A DNA stretch of 50,996 nt from a virus (taxonomy: Duplodnaviria; Caudoviricetes). A program made the position numbers and the translations under genes. The stretch lies in IMG/VR virus record IMGVR_UViG_3300027743_000036, positions 1 to 50,996 of that record. One strand, given 5' to 3'. Shown here in pieces: positions 1 through 9,132 of the stretch. Position 1 is the stretch's first letter. Each line of letters starts with the position of its first letter. The notes under the pieces were generated by a model. It made no database searches. It saw only the letters and a program-made list of their open reading frames with translations, and was not told the DNA's origin.

Positions 1-176
1 CCTGCGCCGCCGCCGCCTGCGCCGCCGCCTGCGCCGCCTATGCCGCCGCCGACGCCGCCTGCGCCGCCTATGCCGCCGCCGACGCCGCCCGCGACGCCGC
101 CGCCGCCTGCGCTGATACAACGATAGACCTGGTGACGCTCATACAACAGGCCATAGAGGAGGAGGGCACATGCTGA
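1..176 (+). CDS. C-terminal end of Ala-rich repeat protein that starts at 50380
   Basis: Frame reads ...AAACADTTIDLVTLIQQAIEEEGTC* (TGA 174-176), continuous with the ORF at 50380 via the overlap. Confidence 0.75.
   Translation, partial: CAAAACAAACAAYAAADAACAAYAAADAARDAAAACADTTIDLVTLIQQAIEEEGTC
5..130. repeat. Terminal direct repeat / circular assembly overlap (copy 1)
   Basis: 126 nt identical to 50871-50996; lies in GCC-rich Ala-coding repeat. Confidence 0.9.
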
Positions 177-373
177 CTACACTCGACGTAGAGGAGCACT
201 TTGTCGCGCTCTGCGACAATGCGGTCCCGCCGTTTGATCCGTGGGCGCAGCTTGAGCGATTCATTCGCACGTTCGCGGACCCGATGGAACTTGGCTGGTG
301 CCTGAACCATATCGCGGCCATACAGCAATCCGTAAAGCCGTGGGGAGAGCCAGGCGATGAAAAAACAAGATAA
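170..373 (+). CDS. Hypothetical protein
   Basis: ATG after GGAGG, overlaps previous stop. Confidence 0.65.
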   Translation: MLTTLDVEEHFVALCDNAVPPFDPWAQLERFIRTFADPMELGWCLNHIAAIQQSVKPWGEPGDEKTR

Positions 374-605
374 TCCCGTACCAATGAGCGCGATCGTGCG
401 CACCCTACACACCGACCTCATCGCCCGGCACGGGCTCCGCGCGGCAGTACAGATCACGCGGGAGTTACACCGATGGGTTGAGAATACCCTGCGTGAGCAG
501 ATCCAACGGCACCCCGCCGAGTGGCCGGAATATTCGGCACAGGCCATACCCGCCGCGGGGGACGTGGAGAAAAAAATTCCAGCAATTCCGACCGTGACGG
601 GCTGA
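357..605 (+). CDS. Hypothetical protein
   Basis: ATG with GGAG upstream, operon context. Confidence 0.6.
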   Translation: MKKQDNPVPMSAIVRTLHTDLIARHGLRAAVQITRELHRWVENTLREQIQRHPAEWPEYSAQAIPAAGDVEKKIPAIPTVTG

Positions 606-618
606 AATATCAGGTTCA

Positions 619-645
619 GACCCCATGATTGCGGGGAACTATAGA
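619..645 (+). promoter_or_regulatory. 27-bp element GACCCCATGATTGCGGGGAACTATAGA (copy 1), candidate phage-specific promoter/operator
   Basis: Exact match to reverse complement of 43538-43564; both copies are intergenic and sense to the downstream genes. Confidence 0.65.
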
Positions 646-657
646 AGGAGTGGTGAC

Positions 658-1113
658 ATGGTACGAACAAAATTGAATGATGACGAACTGCGGTGGTTAG
701 AGGAACATCGCACAGAGTTGGAACAGCCGGGGCCGAGCGAAGACACACGCATAGCAAAGACCCTTAAAGATCTGCTCCGTGTGTGCCGCGACGAATTAGG
801 CGGAACGGGTAGGATGCGGTGTTGTCGTCTGCGCTCGTTGATGAAGTCTCACCGGCTGAGTAAGCGGGACTTGGTTGTTTACCTCAATTATCCACTTTTC
901 ACACAAGAGGAGCTGGCCTTGCGCTTTGGCTTTTCAGACCAGTCGGAACTTTCACGACTACTGAATCGTGTGCGCAACGCGCTGCCCACACTACAAAAAG
1001 ACCCTGATTTCACCGGGGTTCATGGCATACCTGCGCTGCACCACATGTTACGTATCGAGGCCAGCGCGGATAGTGACGACCGGCTTAACGATCAGAGCGT
1101 ACTACGATTCTAA
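658..1113 (+). CDS. HTH DNA-binding protein (sigma70 region 4-like), candidate late regulator
   Basis: AAGGAG RBS; FTQEELALRFGFSDQSELSRLLNRVRNAL helix-turn-helix pattern. Confidence 0.6.
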   Translation: MVRTKLNDDELRWLEEHRTELEQPGPSEDTRIAKTLKDLLRVCRDELGGTGRMRCCRLRSLMKSHRLSKRDLVVYLNYPLFTQEELALRFGFSDQSELSRLLNRVRNALPTLQKDPDFTGVHGIPALHHMLRIEASADSDDRLNDQSVLRF

Positions 1114-1116
1114 CAG

Positions 1117-1180
1117 CGGGCGGACCCGGCTTACCGTTTACGGTGGATCATATAAAGCACCGGAGCGTCCGCCCGTTTTT
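1117..1180 (+). terminator. Branched stem-loop ending in T-tract
   Basis: GCGGGCGGAC...GTCCGCCCGT followed by TTTT. Confidence 0.5.
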
Positions 1181-1201
1181 GTTCTGATATGGAGGAGACC
1201 C

Positions 1202-1657
1202 ATGCAAACGACATTTAACGGTCAGCAGTTTCACGGTCATCCGAAATTCTACGAGTTCCTGATGCAGATGGCCGAGGTCCACTCCCGCAAGAACCACGAC
1301 TACGCCGGGGACGCGGACCCGCTTAAGAATCTCCGATCTGCGGAGCGTATCGGCCTGGCCCCGTTCGTCGGCGTATTGGTGCGGTTGCAGGATAAATGGA
1401 GTCGTCTTGAGCAGTTTCAGAAGTCCGGCACACTCCTGGTAAAGGATGAGAGCGTGATCGACACGCTGATCGACAACGCCAACTACTCAATCCTGGCGGC
1501 GATACTGCTGTTAGAGGCTAAAGCTGACGAGGTTGCGCCGCCGAAAGAGGCCGAGACCCCGCCTCGATCTTGCTTGGAGTGCGGGCATCAAGTTTCCAGC
1601 GGGGGTACGTGTCTCTGTGTTGGCGTTGCCGACAATTGTTTCAAGGAGCGTGTATGA
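1202..1657 (+). CDS. Nucleotide-modification-associated domain protein (DUF1599/Nmad1-like, MazG-like helical fold)
   Basis: GGAGG RBS; KNHDYAG..N, VRLQDKWSRL and ESVIDTLIDNANY motifs. Confidence 0.7.
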   Translation: MQTTFNGQQFHGHPKFYEFLMQMAEVHSRKNHDYAGDADPLKNLRSAERIGLAPFVGVLVRLQDKWSRLEQFQKSGTLLVKDESVIDTLIDNANYSILAAILLLEAKADEVAPPKEAETPPRSCLECGHQVSSGGTCLCVGVADNCFKERV

Positions 1658-2052
1658 TCCGGGCCTATCTCAGTCACCTGATCCGCGGAGCCAAAGGTTC
1701 CGCCGCGACACGCGAGGACATGGAGGCCAACAACCGCCGGGCGATAGAATTTGCCGCCCAAGTGCGGGCGGAGTTTCCCGGTCTCGATCTGTACGTACCC
1801 GCAATCCATGATGAGTTTGTGCTGGAAGCCTATGAGATGGGGGTGTTGACAGAATCGCAAATATTGGCTGTTGATGTTCGATTGGTGCGGAAACGGGATC
1901 TTTTGATTGTGTACGCCCCAGACCGCTATCTATCCAACGGAATGTTACAAGAGCATCGAGCGGCGGGGGTTGGAGGAGTGGATATAGTGTATGTGTTTGC
2001 TGCGGGGGATGTGGAACCGATTCAGCAATACCTGGAGGCCCGGAAACGATGA
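1654..2052 (+). CDS. Nucleoside 2-deoxyribosyltransferase-like protein
   Basis: AYLSH...YVPAIHD...D.....DLLIV...SNGMLQE pattern. Confidence 0.55.
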   Translation: MIRAYLSHLIRGAKGSAATREDMEANNRRAIEFAAQVRAEFPGLDLYVPAIHDEFVLEAYEMGVLTESQILAVDVRLVRKRDLLIVYAPDRYLSNGMLQEHRAAGVGGVDIVYVFAAGDVEPIQQYLEARKR

Positions 2053-2753
2053 CCCGTGTTCTCTGCATCGGAGATCCTCACGAGCCTGTGTGTCACCCCG
2101 GCTACCGCGCATTCTGCCGCGACCTGCGCGATCGCTTCGACACAATCAAGACTGTTATCATCGGGGACATATGCGACCACCACGCGATCAGTTTCCACGC
2201 GGCGAATCCCATGTGTCCCGGACCCAAGGATGAGCATGATCTGATCCTCGCCAAGATGCAGTTGTGGTACAAAGATTTCCCCGGTGCCGTGGTGACGATA
2301 GGTAATCACGACGCCCGTGTAGCCCGCCTTGCGGAGTCGGTAAAGATTCCAGCGTTTTATCTCCGCGACTACGATGAGATGTGGGAGACGAAAACATGGC
2401 AGTGGGTAGGGGACATCGTGATTGACGACGTGTACTACTTCCACGGGACGGGGCGCAGCGGGATACATCCGGCGTATAACGCCATGAAAGACATGCTTAT
2501 GTCGGTTGTAATGGGCCACTGTCACTCGGCCAGTGGCGTCAAATGGAGGGCCAACCCGAATCGCCGGACGTTCGGCATGGATACGGGCTGCGGAATTGAT
2601 GTAGACGCCTATCAGTTTGCCTATGGAGCGCACATGCCGAGTCGTCCGATTCTGTCGGCAGGCGTGGTGATCGACGGCGTACCACAGCACTTTATCCTGC
2701 CATGCGGAGTTCGAGAGAAATATCACAAATCCAAATTTGGAGGAAAGAAATGA
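2049..2753 (+). CDS. Calcineurin-like metallophosphoesterase
   Basis: GDPH, GDICD, GNHD, FHG and GHCH metal motifs. Confidence 0.9.
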   Translation: MTRVLCIGDPHEPVCHPGYRAFCRDLRDRFDTIKTVIIGDICDHHAISFHAANPMCPGPKDEHDLILAKMQLWYKDFPGAVVTIGNHDARVARLAESVKIPAFYLRDYDEMWETKTWQWVGDIVIDDVYYFHGTGRSGIHPAYNAMKDMLMSVVMGHCHSASGVKWRANPNRRTFGMDTGCGIDVDAYQFAYGAHMPSRPILSAGVVIDGVPQHFILPCGVREKYHKSKFGGKK

Positions 2754-2992
2754 ATACCATTATCATGCCCGAGAACAAGGGGCTACCAATGCTAACGGTA
2801 CAGTCCCTATGTGACGACGTCAGCGACACCCAGACTGCCTTCATAGGCAGATGTGGGTGGGGACCCGAACACAGTCTCTACCTCATAAGTTACGGCCGCG
2901 TGCTCCTCGCATCACGTCCTCGGTCTTCGTGGGAGGGTCTGGCTGATGTGACCGTGGATCGTTTTGTGGATGTGGAGATCAAGGTGCTGTGA
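2750..2992 (+). CDS. Hypothetical protein
   Basis: ATGA overlap, GGAGG RBS. Confidence 0.6.
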   Translation: MNTIIMPENKGLPMLTVQSLCDDVSDTQTAFIGRCGWGPEHSLYLISYGRVLLASRPRSSWEGLADVTVDRFVDVEIKVL

Positions 2993-3435
2993 TGCTCCAG
3001 ATCCCCCGCGTACCAACTGTGCGTCCAATCTTCCCCGGTGTAGCTGCGCATCAACTCCGTCAGGAGCTTGCGATGGAGATTAGGGCGACGTGCGAGGCCC
3101 TGATTAAGAGCACCTACGTCCCCTCATACCAAGAAATGTTTCGCAGGTACACTATGGCGGTAGACCCCGGCGAGATCCGCGATCCGTGCCGCCTGCCGCC
3201 GTATGCCACCCAAGGCCCAAACGACGCCCGCGGGGTCAGTAAGATCGGGTGCGTCTATGCCCGGCTGTCCTGGGTGCTCAAGCTATATTGGGATCTATGT
3301 CTTGACGGCGCGGACAATGCCGCGGCACTCCGGCAGTATCTCACTGGGTTGCGAGCCGTGGCGGAGCGGGGAGTTGAGAAGTGCGTTATGGAGGGGGATA
3401 CTCGCATGGGGTTTTGGCTTGGGGTTCCGGCATAA
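2989..3435 (+). CDS. Hypothetical protein
   Basis: Coupled to neighbours at both ends. Confidence 0.6.
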   Translation: MMLQIPRVPTVRPIFPGVAAHQLRQELAMEIRATCEALIKSTYVPSYQEMFRRYTMAVDPGEIRDPCRLPPYATQGPNDARGVSKIGCVYARLSWVLKLYWDLCLDGADNAAALRQYLTGLRAVAERGVEKCVMEGDTRMGFWLGVPA

Positions 3436-5492
3436 TGGAACAGTGGCAAAATATACTTGAGTCTGCGGGATTTCCCACTGAAGCGATTGTTTTGGATTGG
3501 GAGACCTACTTCGATGCCGAATACAGCTTCGATAAGCTATCGACTGTCGAATACGTGATGTCCCCGCGGTTCGAGGTCACGGGGTTGGGGTATCGGCTGC
3601 TTGGCACGGAATCAGAGGCCGGAGGCTTTCTTGACCCGATAGAGGCTCGGCGATATTTGGATACCGCCGCGGGGTGTATCGACAGCTATACAGTGGTAGG
3701 CCAAAATCTGCCGTTCGACGCCCTTGTCCTACGCGAACGATACGGCATCACGCCGAAGTACACCGTGGATATTATCGACCTCGCGCGACATCTGGACGCC
3801 CGCGACCAGCACAACTTGGAACATCTGGCTAAAAAGTATCATGCTCCAACGGAGAAGGGCAATACGCTACAGTTTAAGGGATTACATTGGCAGACTATGA
3901 CCCCAGAACAGCGTGCCGCCCTCTCCTCCTACTGTTTGAATGATGTCGCTATCGAGACGTATCTGTTTAAGACTCTGTTACCCCGGATAACGTGGCCCGA
4001 AGTTGAGCTACGCTTAGCGGCCCAGGCGCTTCGGCAGTATCTCGTCCCGCAAATCAAGATAGACGCCGATCTCGGCAACCGCCTCTTGGTGAGCATGACG
4101 GCCAAGCTGCAAGAGCCCGTAGACCATTGCAATGAGCTTGGCATCCGGGTAGTGACACCAGGTAAACTCACCAAGAGGATCTGCAAGCCGCCCACGGTCA
4201 AGGCCGTCACCGTGGGCGACATCAGCAAGGACGGTACATTTCTTACCCTACTTGCGGCGGCTCTACCTCCTGGCGAGTCAATCCCCATGAAGCAGGGCAA
4301 GAGACGGCTCATCCCCGCTCTCGCTAAGACTGATACTCAACTCGACTACCTCCTCCTTCATCCTTCTCCTCAAGTTCGGGCCTTAATGACGGCGCGTAAA
4401 GAGTCCGACAGTTGGCCCGGACATATCAGCCGCGTGCGGCAGTTACTCGTGCAGTCTGCCGCACGCGGAGGATTTATCGGGGCCATGACCCGGTATTATG
4501 CCGCGCATACTGGCCGGTGGGGTGGGTGGGGGAAGACGAATTTTCAGAATTTCGGCGCACGGGATGTAGACGATCTTATCAAGCAGGTAGGACAGATGCT
4601 CACCGCGCCCGAGGGATTCGTGTTCGGCACCGGGGATCTCAGTCAAATCGAGGCCCGTGTAGTGGCGTGGTTCGCCGGGCAAGAGGATTTGTTGGAGGCG
4701 TTTCGCCGCGTCGATGCAGCAAAGGAACGGGGTGATGATTCGGTGAAGGATGTCTATTGTGAGTTCGCCGAGGAACAGATCTATCACAAGGAAACACGCA
4801 AGCCCCGCAAGGATGATCCACCGGAATTGGCGGCGGCTCTTACAACCCGGCGTAACGTCGGCAAGGAAACCATCCTCGGGGCCGGGTTTGGAATGGGTGG
4901 GTCTACGTTCTATGACCGCTGCCGCCAAAAGCCGAGCCTCAAGGCCGCATTTGAGTCTGGGGAACTTAACCGCCCCCTGTGCAATCGGGCCATTGCCGTC
5001 TATCGCCAGCGATATTCGATGATCCCAAAATTCTGGAAAGAAGTCGAGGCGGCGTGGCGATTCGTCGCTAGATACTACGACCAGCGAGCTACGGTGAGTC
5101 ACTATGGGCGGAGCCTGTCGTTCCGGAATGAGGGCGGCACGGTGGTTGTACAGTTGCCGTCAAGCCGGTGTTTGTTCTATTCCCACGCCCGCGCCGCAGC
5201 GAGTGGTGAGTGCCGGTATCGCTGGGGAAAAGTATATGGCGGGTCGATCACGGAGAACGTCGTCCAGGCCACAGCGAGGGATGTATTCGCGCTCGGGCTG
5301 CTGCGGTTGGAGGACGCGGGGCATAACGTATTGTTCAGCGTACACGACCAAGGGATCAACCTGTATCGTGACAACGCCACGGCAAAGACCGAGCTTGAGG
5401 ACATGCATTGCCTCCAAACTGTTTGTCCAGTGTGGGCCGAGGGCTTGCCTGTAGCAGTGGAAGGCGACTTGACACCAGTGTACCACAAATGA
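3435..5492 (+). CDS. polA: Family A DNA polymerase with 3'-5' exonuclease domain
   Basis: Exo motifs DWET, QNLPFD, YCLND; HTGRW; motif A DLSQIEAR; motif B RNVGKETILGAGFG; ENVVQA; motif C VHDQ. Confidence 0.92.
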   Translation: MEQWQNILESAGFPTEAIVLDWETYFDAEYSFDKLSTVEYVMSPRFEVTGLGYRLLGTESEAGGFLDPIEARRYLDTAAGCIDSYTVVGQNLPFDALVLRERYGITPKYTVDIIDLARHLDARDQHNLEHLAKKYHAPTEKGNTLQFKGLHWQTMTPEQRAALSSYCLNDVAIETYLFKTLLPRITWPEVELRLAAQALRQYLVPQIKIDADLGNRLLVSMTAKLQEPVDHCNELGIRVVTPGKLTKRICKPPTVKAVTVGDISKDGTFLTLLAAALPPGESIPMKQGKRRLIPALAKTDTQLDYLLLHPSPQVRALMTARKESDSWPGHISRVRQLLVQSAARGGFIGAMTRYYAAHTGRWGGWGKTNFQNFGARDVDDLIKQVGQMLTAPEGFVFGTGDLSQIEARVVAWFAGQEDLLEAFRRVDAAKERGDDSVKDVYCEFAEEQIYHKETRKPRKDDPPELAAALTTRRNVGKETILGAGFGMGGSTFYDRCRQKPSLKAAFESGELNRPLCNRAIAVYRQRYSMIPKFWKEVEAAWRFVARYYDQRATVSHYGRSLSFRNEGGTVVVQLPSSRCLFYSHARAAASGECRYRWGKVYGGSITENVVQATARDVFALGLLRLEDAGHNVLFSVHDQGINLYRDNATAKTELEDMHCLQTVCPVWAEGLPVAVEGDLTPVYHK

Positions 5493-5503
5493 GAGGGCGG
5501 ATA

Positions 5504-5794
5504 ATGAATCTTCAAGAGATGTTTGAAAAGCATATAGATACGGAATACATCAAGTTTGAGCGAATTGAGTGCCCCCAGCATCCGCGACCTGACATTTGCG
5601 CGTTTCTAATGTTGTCACAGCTTGTGCCGGACGATGGGCGGGATATGGTGACATCGGCAGAACATGACGAAATTTATCTGGATACTGACTGCACCAAACT
5701 CGCCGAGGTTATTTCAGAGGCCCAAGTCATCGACCTTCTCCGCTGTGGCGTTCGTTATGATGCCGGGGCCGATGGACTTTGTATGTTTGTATGA
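5504..5794 (+). CDS. Hypothetical protein
   Basis: GAGGG RBS, operon context. Confidence 0.65.
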   Translation: MNLQEMFEKHIDTEYIKFERIECPQHPRPDICAFLMLSQLVPDDGRDMVTSAEHDEIYLDTDCTKLAEVISEAQVIDLLRCGVRYDAGADGLCMFV

Positions 5795-6345
5795 GAGGAC
5801 CACGAAACCATGCAATCGAGAGGGGTCAACTTGCGCGCAAAGCTAAGCCATTGGGTACTTTCATTATACAACAGATGCACGCGAAGATACCACGACTACC
5901 GTCTATACCGCCGCGAGTACCTGTGGTTCCGGCGGGAGATGGGGTTCAATCGCGCAGACAGCCGTCGATCAGCCCGAACCTCGGCAATGGCCATAAAGCA
6001 ACTACAGGCCCAAGCCGAGAAGCCCCAGTCCTGCACGCCTGCCTCAAGTGGCTCCACGCCCACGGTATCTTCGCCTGGCGGAACAACTCCGGCACCCTAT
6101 GGACGGACGGCCAGCCCATCTCCTTTGGCTATCCGGGGTCAGCGGACATTACGGGAATCCTTCCTGATGGACGGCGATTAGAGGTCGAAACGAAATCATC
6201 TACTGGCAAACAATCAGCCAAACAAAAACATTTCCAGGCACAGATTGAGAAGAACCACGGGGTCTACTTACTCGTGAGAAGTAAACAGGACTTGGAGGCG
6301 CAATGGGCCAAGTTATTCTCGGCGACTGTCGTGAATCCCAGATAG
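5791..6345 (+). CDS. VRR-NUC domain nuclease
   Basis: WRNNSG, GSADITG, EVETKS..GKQS..Q motifs; start codon uncertain. Confidence 0.8.
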   Translation: MRGPRNHAIERGQLARKAKPLGTFIIQQMHAKIPRLPSIPPRVPVVPAGDGVQSRRQPSISPNLGNGHKATTGPSREAPVLHACLKWLHAHGIFAWRNNSGTLWTDGQPISFGYPGSADITGILPDGRRLEVETKSSTGKQSAKQKHFQAQIEKNHGVYLLVRSKQDLEAQWAKLFSATVVNPR

Positions 6346-6418
6346 AGCTTATCCACCGGCGTCTCCGCGAAGTCCGCGGAGTGCCCCCAATACCAACAGT
6401 TACGTAGAGGAGATAACT

Positions 6419-6661
6419 ATGAGAGTAGAAATCTGGACACCGCGGGAACCCGCTCCGCCGCAGGAACCCGTGCTGAGGTTGAGACTCATCGAACGCTTCG
6501 ACCACATTGAACTTTGCGCCGTTGGTGAAAATGGCGAACGGGTAGAATGCGGGTCTTTGCTCGGGTTTGCGGATGGCGAGATTATGCACTATTGCGGTGT
6601 AAACCATAGTATCGGCCTGAAACTTGACGCCGAGGACCGTGTGATTGTGAGGGACCCCTGA
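6419..6661 (+). CDS. Hypothetical protein
   Basis: GAGGAG RBS. Confidence 0.65.
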   Translation: MRVEIWTPREPAPPQEPVLRLRLIERFDHIELCAVGENGERVECGSLLGFADGEIMHYCGVNHSIGLKLDAEDRVIVRDP

Positions 6662-7836
6662 TGCTGCGCGAACTCCGCCTCTCTGCCTCTGCCAACGCCG
6701 ACTACCAGGCGTGTCAAAAACGATACTGGCTGTCCTATATAGCCGACTTGACTGCCGACAAGGACAAAGACAGCCTCCGCGTCGGCGGTAATTGGCACCG
6801 CTGTCACGAGCTACTCGAACTCAAGGCTGAGGCCGTCTGCCCCGACTGCCTGCGGCATGAGGAGATACGCCCCGACTGCTATATCTGCGCGGGCACTGGT
6901 TACACACCCGCCGACCCAATGGAAGCCGTGGTCCGGTACCTTAACTATGCCTACGCGGTTGTGCCGGACAACAAGACCCGTGACGATTGGGAGACAGAGC
7001 GTGTTACGCTGCTTTACTCCCTGTCCGGACACCGATGGCTCTATAAGGAGGATGAAGACCGATGGGAAACCATCGGGTCCGAGATCAAGTTCGAGGTCCC
7101 GGTGATTAACCCGGTCACAGGCCGCAAGCTCGGCAAGGCCGTATTCGTCGGCAAGATCGACCGCCTCGTGCGCGAGCGAAACACCGGGCTCGTCTACGTT
7201 TGGGAACGCAAGAGCACCAGTCATCCGATCACGTCTGAGTCGTACTGGCACGACCTCGCCCAGGGCGATCAGATCAGCGGCTACCTATACGGCGGTCGTG
7301 TGGCGCAGGCGAATGGGCAACTCCGTAAGCACGGCATCAGGTCCGAGGACCCGCCTATCGCCGGGGCGTGGTGCGATGTGTGGCACAAGCCTGATATCGC
7401 CCCGAAGCGGGTCAGTAAGGCAGATCTTAAGACGCTGGCGGAGACGGGGATGTACTGCGGCACTAAGGCGCAGTATCCACAGGTCAATCCTGCGGTAGTG
7501 GGCGAGTCCATAGTCGAGACTCCTGAATTATTCGGCGCCCGACTGCTCCAAGATATCGCCGAACGCCCCGATCATTACTTCGCTCAGCGCGAGGTCGCCC
7601 GCACGGATCGGGAGCTTGAACAGTTTCAGTGGCGGCTATTCAAGCTCGCCAAACAAATACGGGCCGTGGAGAAGAACGACCTATGGCTGTGTAACCTGCG
7701 ATCCTGTGAGCAGCCGTTCTATTGTGAGTATCGTGACCTGTGTCGCTCCGGCGTAGCCGGCACCATCGACAGCGAGCCGCCAGTGGGATACAAGAGAAAA
7801 CACCCCAAAGAAGAAGAAGAGGTACCGCTGGAATGA
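6661..7836 (+). CDS. PD-(D/E)XK exonuclease (Cas4/RecB-like) with inserted Zn finger
   Basis: LSASA...C, G..WH, GKIDRL, WERKS, Q...Y, C-terminal C-x5-C-x5-C; CPDC...CYICAGTG insert. Confidence 0.85.
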   Translation: MLRELRLSASANADYQACQKRYWLSYIADLTADKDKDSLRVGGNWHRCHELLELKAEAVCPDCLRHEEIRPDCYICAGTGYTPADPMEAVVRYLNYAYAVVPDNKTRDDWETERVTLLYSLSGHRWLYKEDEDRWETIGSEIKFEVPVINPVTGRKLGKAVFVGKIDRLVRERNTGLVYVWERKSTSHPITSESYWHDLAQGDQISGYLYGGRVAQANGQLRKHGIRSEDPPIAGAWCDVWHKPDIAPKRVSKADLKTLAETGMYCGTKAQYPQVNPAVVGESIVETPELFGARLLQDIAERPDHYFAQREVARTDRELEQFQWRLFKLAKQIRAVEKNDLWLCNLRSCEQPFYCEYRDLCRSGVAGTIDSEPPVGYKRKHPKEEEEVPLE

Positions 7837-8189
7837 AAAAGATAACCTTGAATGAGACATGGAAACGCTGCCTCGCCATGTGGCAGTGGATTGTAAAGGA
7901 GCTAAAGGCTCGACCCGAGGCAGATATTTCAGAGCTAAAGGAGGAGTGGGTCGACAAAAATCACCCGGAAGATCTTGCGGGGACTCTCTGCTACTTCTGC
8001 GATTGGCATAATGCCCACAGGAAGGCCAAAGGCCAGGGCTGCTGCCTCGGCTGTCCCGGTTGTCCGGGGTGCCTGGTGAGCCCGCGTTTTAACTGCTACA
8101 AGGCGGGGTGGGGCACCAACCCTGCCCGATTTCTACGAACCCTTAAGCGGTTGAACAAAAAGCGCCTTGCTAAAAAGGAGGCGCGCTAA
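7833..8189 (+). CDS. Cys-rich hypothetical protein
   Basis: CYFC...CxxCP motifs; coupled starts and stops. Confidence 0.65.
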   Translation: MKKITLNETWKRCLAMWQWIVKELKARPEADISELKEEWVDKNHPEDLAGTLCYFCDWHNAHRKAKGQGCCLGCPGCPGCLVSPRFNCYKAGWGTNPARFLRTLKRLNKKRLAKKEAR

Positions 8190-9037
8190 TGGCTAAAGCC
8201 CCCTGTCTCGCCCCCCGCGTCAGTGCCCCCGCTCCGCCAAGCGCGGCCCGCGTCCCGGCCAAGTCCTTTGTAGTCGCTCCGTGGATCGGCGCAGGCGAGG
8301 GAGAGAAAGTTATCCTGTACGGTCCCTCCGGGATGGGTAAGACCACGCTCGCCGCTACGTCGCCGGACCCCGTGTTCGTCGGCTGTGATGACGGTGGGCG
8401 GAAGATATTGAACCCCAAGACCGGCCAGCCTGTGCTCCATGTCCCCGGTGTGGAGACGTTCGGCGACGTGCGGGCTGCGTTGCAGTCCAGTGTGTTTGAC
8501 GACCACGCATCAGTCGTCCTCGACACTGTGACCATGCTCCAGCATTGGGCCTTGCCCTATATGTTCGCCACGATCAAGCATGAGAAGGGTGCTACCGTGT
8601 CGAGTATCGAGGGCTACGGCTATGGTAAGGGCTATCGGCATTTGTTCGACATGATGCACATGGTTCTCGCTGACTGTGATCGGCTCATCAAGCAGGGTAA
8701 GAACATCATCCTCATTGCCCAGGAAGCGGCGACCGCCGAGACCAACACCGCCGGGGAAAACTATCTCAAGAGCGGCCCCGATCTGCACCACAGCGATAAG
8801 GCCAGCGTGCGCCGTGACTACATCCAGTGGTCCGACCACGTATTCCGCGTCACCTGGGAGAACGCCGCCGTCGAGGATCGCAAGATCGCTCCGGTCAAAG
8901 GCCGCGTGATTAACGTCCGCCCCGACGCCACGTTCGAGGCCAAGTCCCGCGGGTCAGCATTCGCGGACACAGAGGTCGTGGCGTTCGCGGAGCCGAGCGA
9001 CGATTCACTATGGCAGATTTTGTTCGGAGGTAAATGA
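8189..9037 (+). CDS. AAA_24-type ATPase (Sak4-like recombination protein)
   Basis: LYGPSGMGKTT Walker A, VVLDT, GYGKGY; lies between exonuclease and SSB. Confidence 0.85.
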   Translation: MAKAPCLAPRVSAPAPPSAARVPAKSFVVAPWIGAGEGEKVILYGPSGMGKTTLAATSPDPVFVGCDDGGRKILNPKTGQPVLHVPGVETFGDVRAALQSSVFDDHASVVLDTVTMLQHWALPYMFATIKHEKGATVSSIEGYGYGKGYRHLFDMMHMVLADCDRLIKQGKNIILIAQEAATAETNTAGENYLKSGPDLHHSDKASVRRDYIQWSDHVFRVTWENAAVEDRKIAPVKGRVINVRPDATFEAKSRGSAFADTEVVAFAEPSDDSLWQILFGGK

Positions 9038-9132
9038 TGGATTGGGAAGACTTGGCTGCGGACCTGCTCGGAATTGTCCTGTTAGCGTGTATGCTGGGTT
9101 TCATTGTGTGGGGATTAACAGGAGGTAAGTGA
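9034..9132 (+). CDS. Small membrane protein (32 aa)
   Basis: GGAGG RBS; single hydrophobic helix; below ORF-track cutoff. Confidence 0.5.
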   Translation: MMDWEDLAADLLGIVLLACMLGFIVWGLTGGK

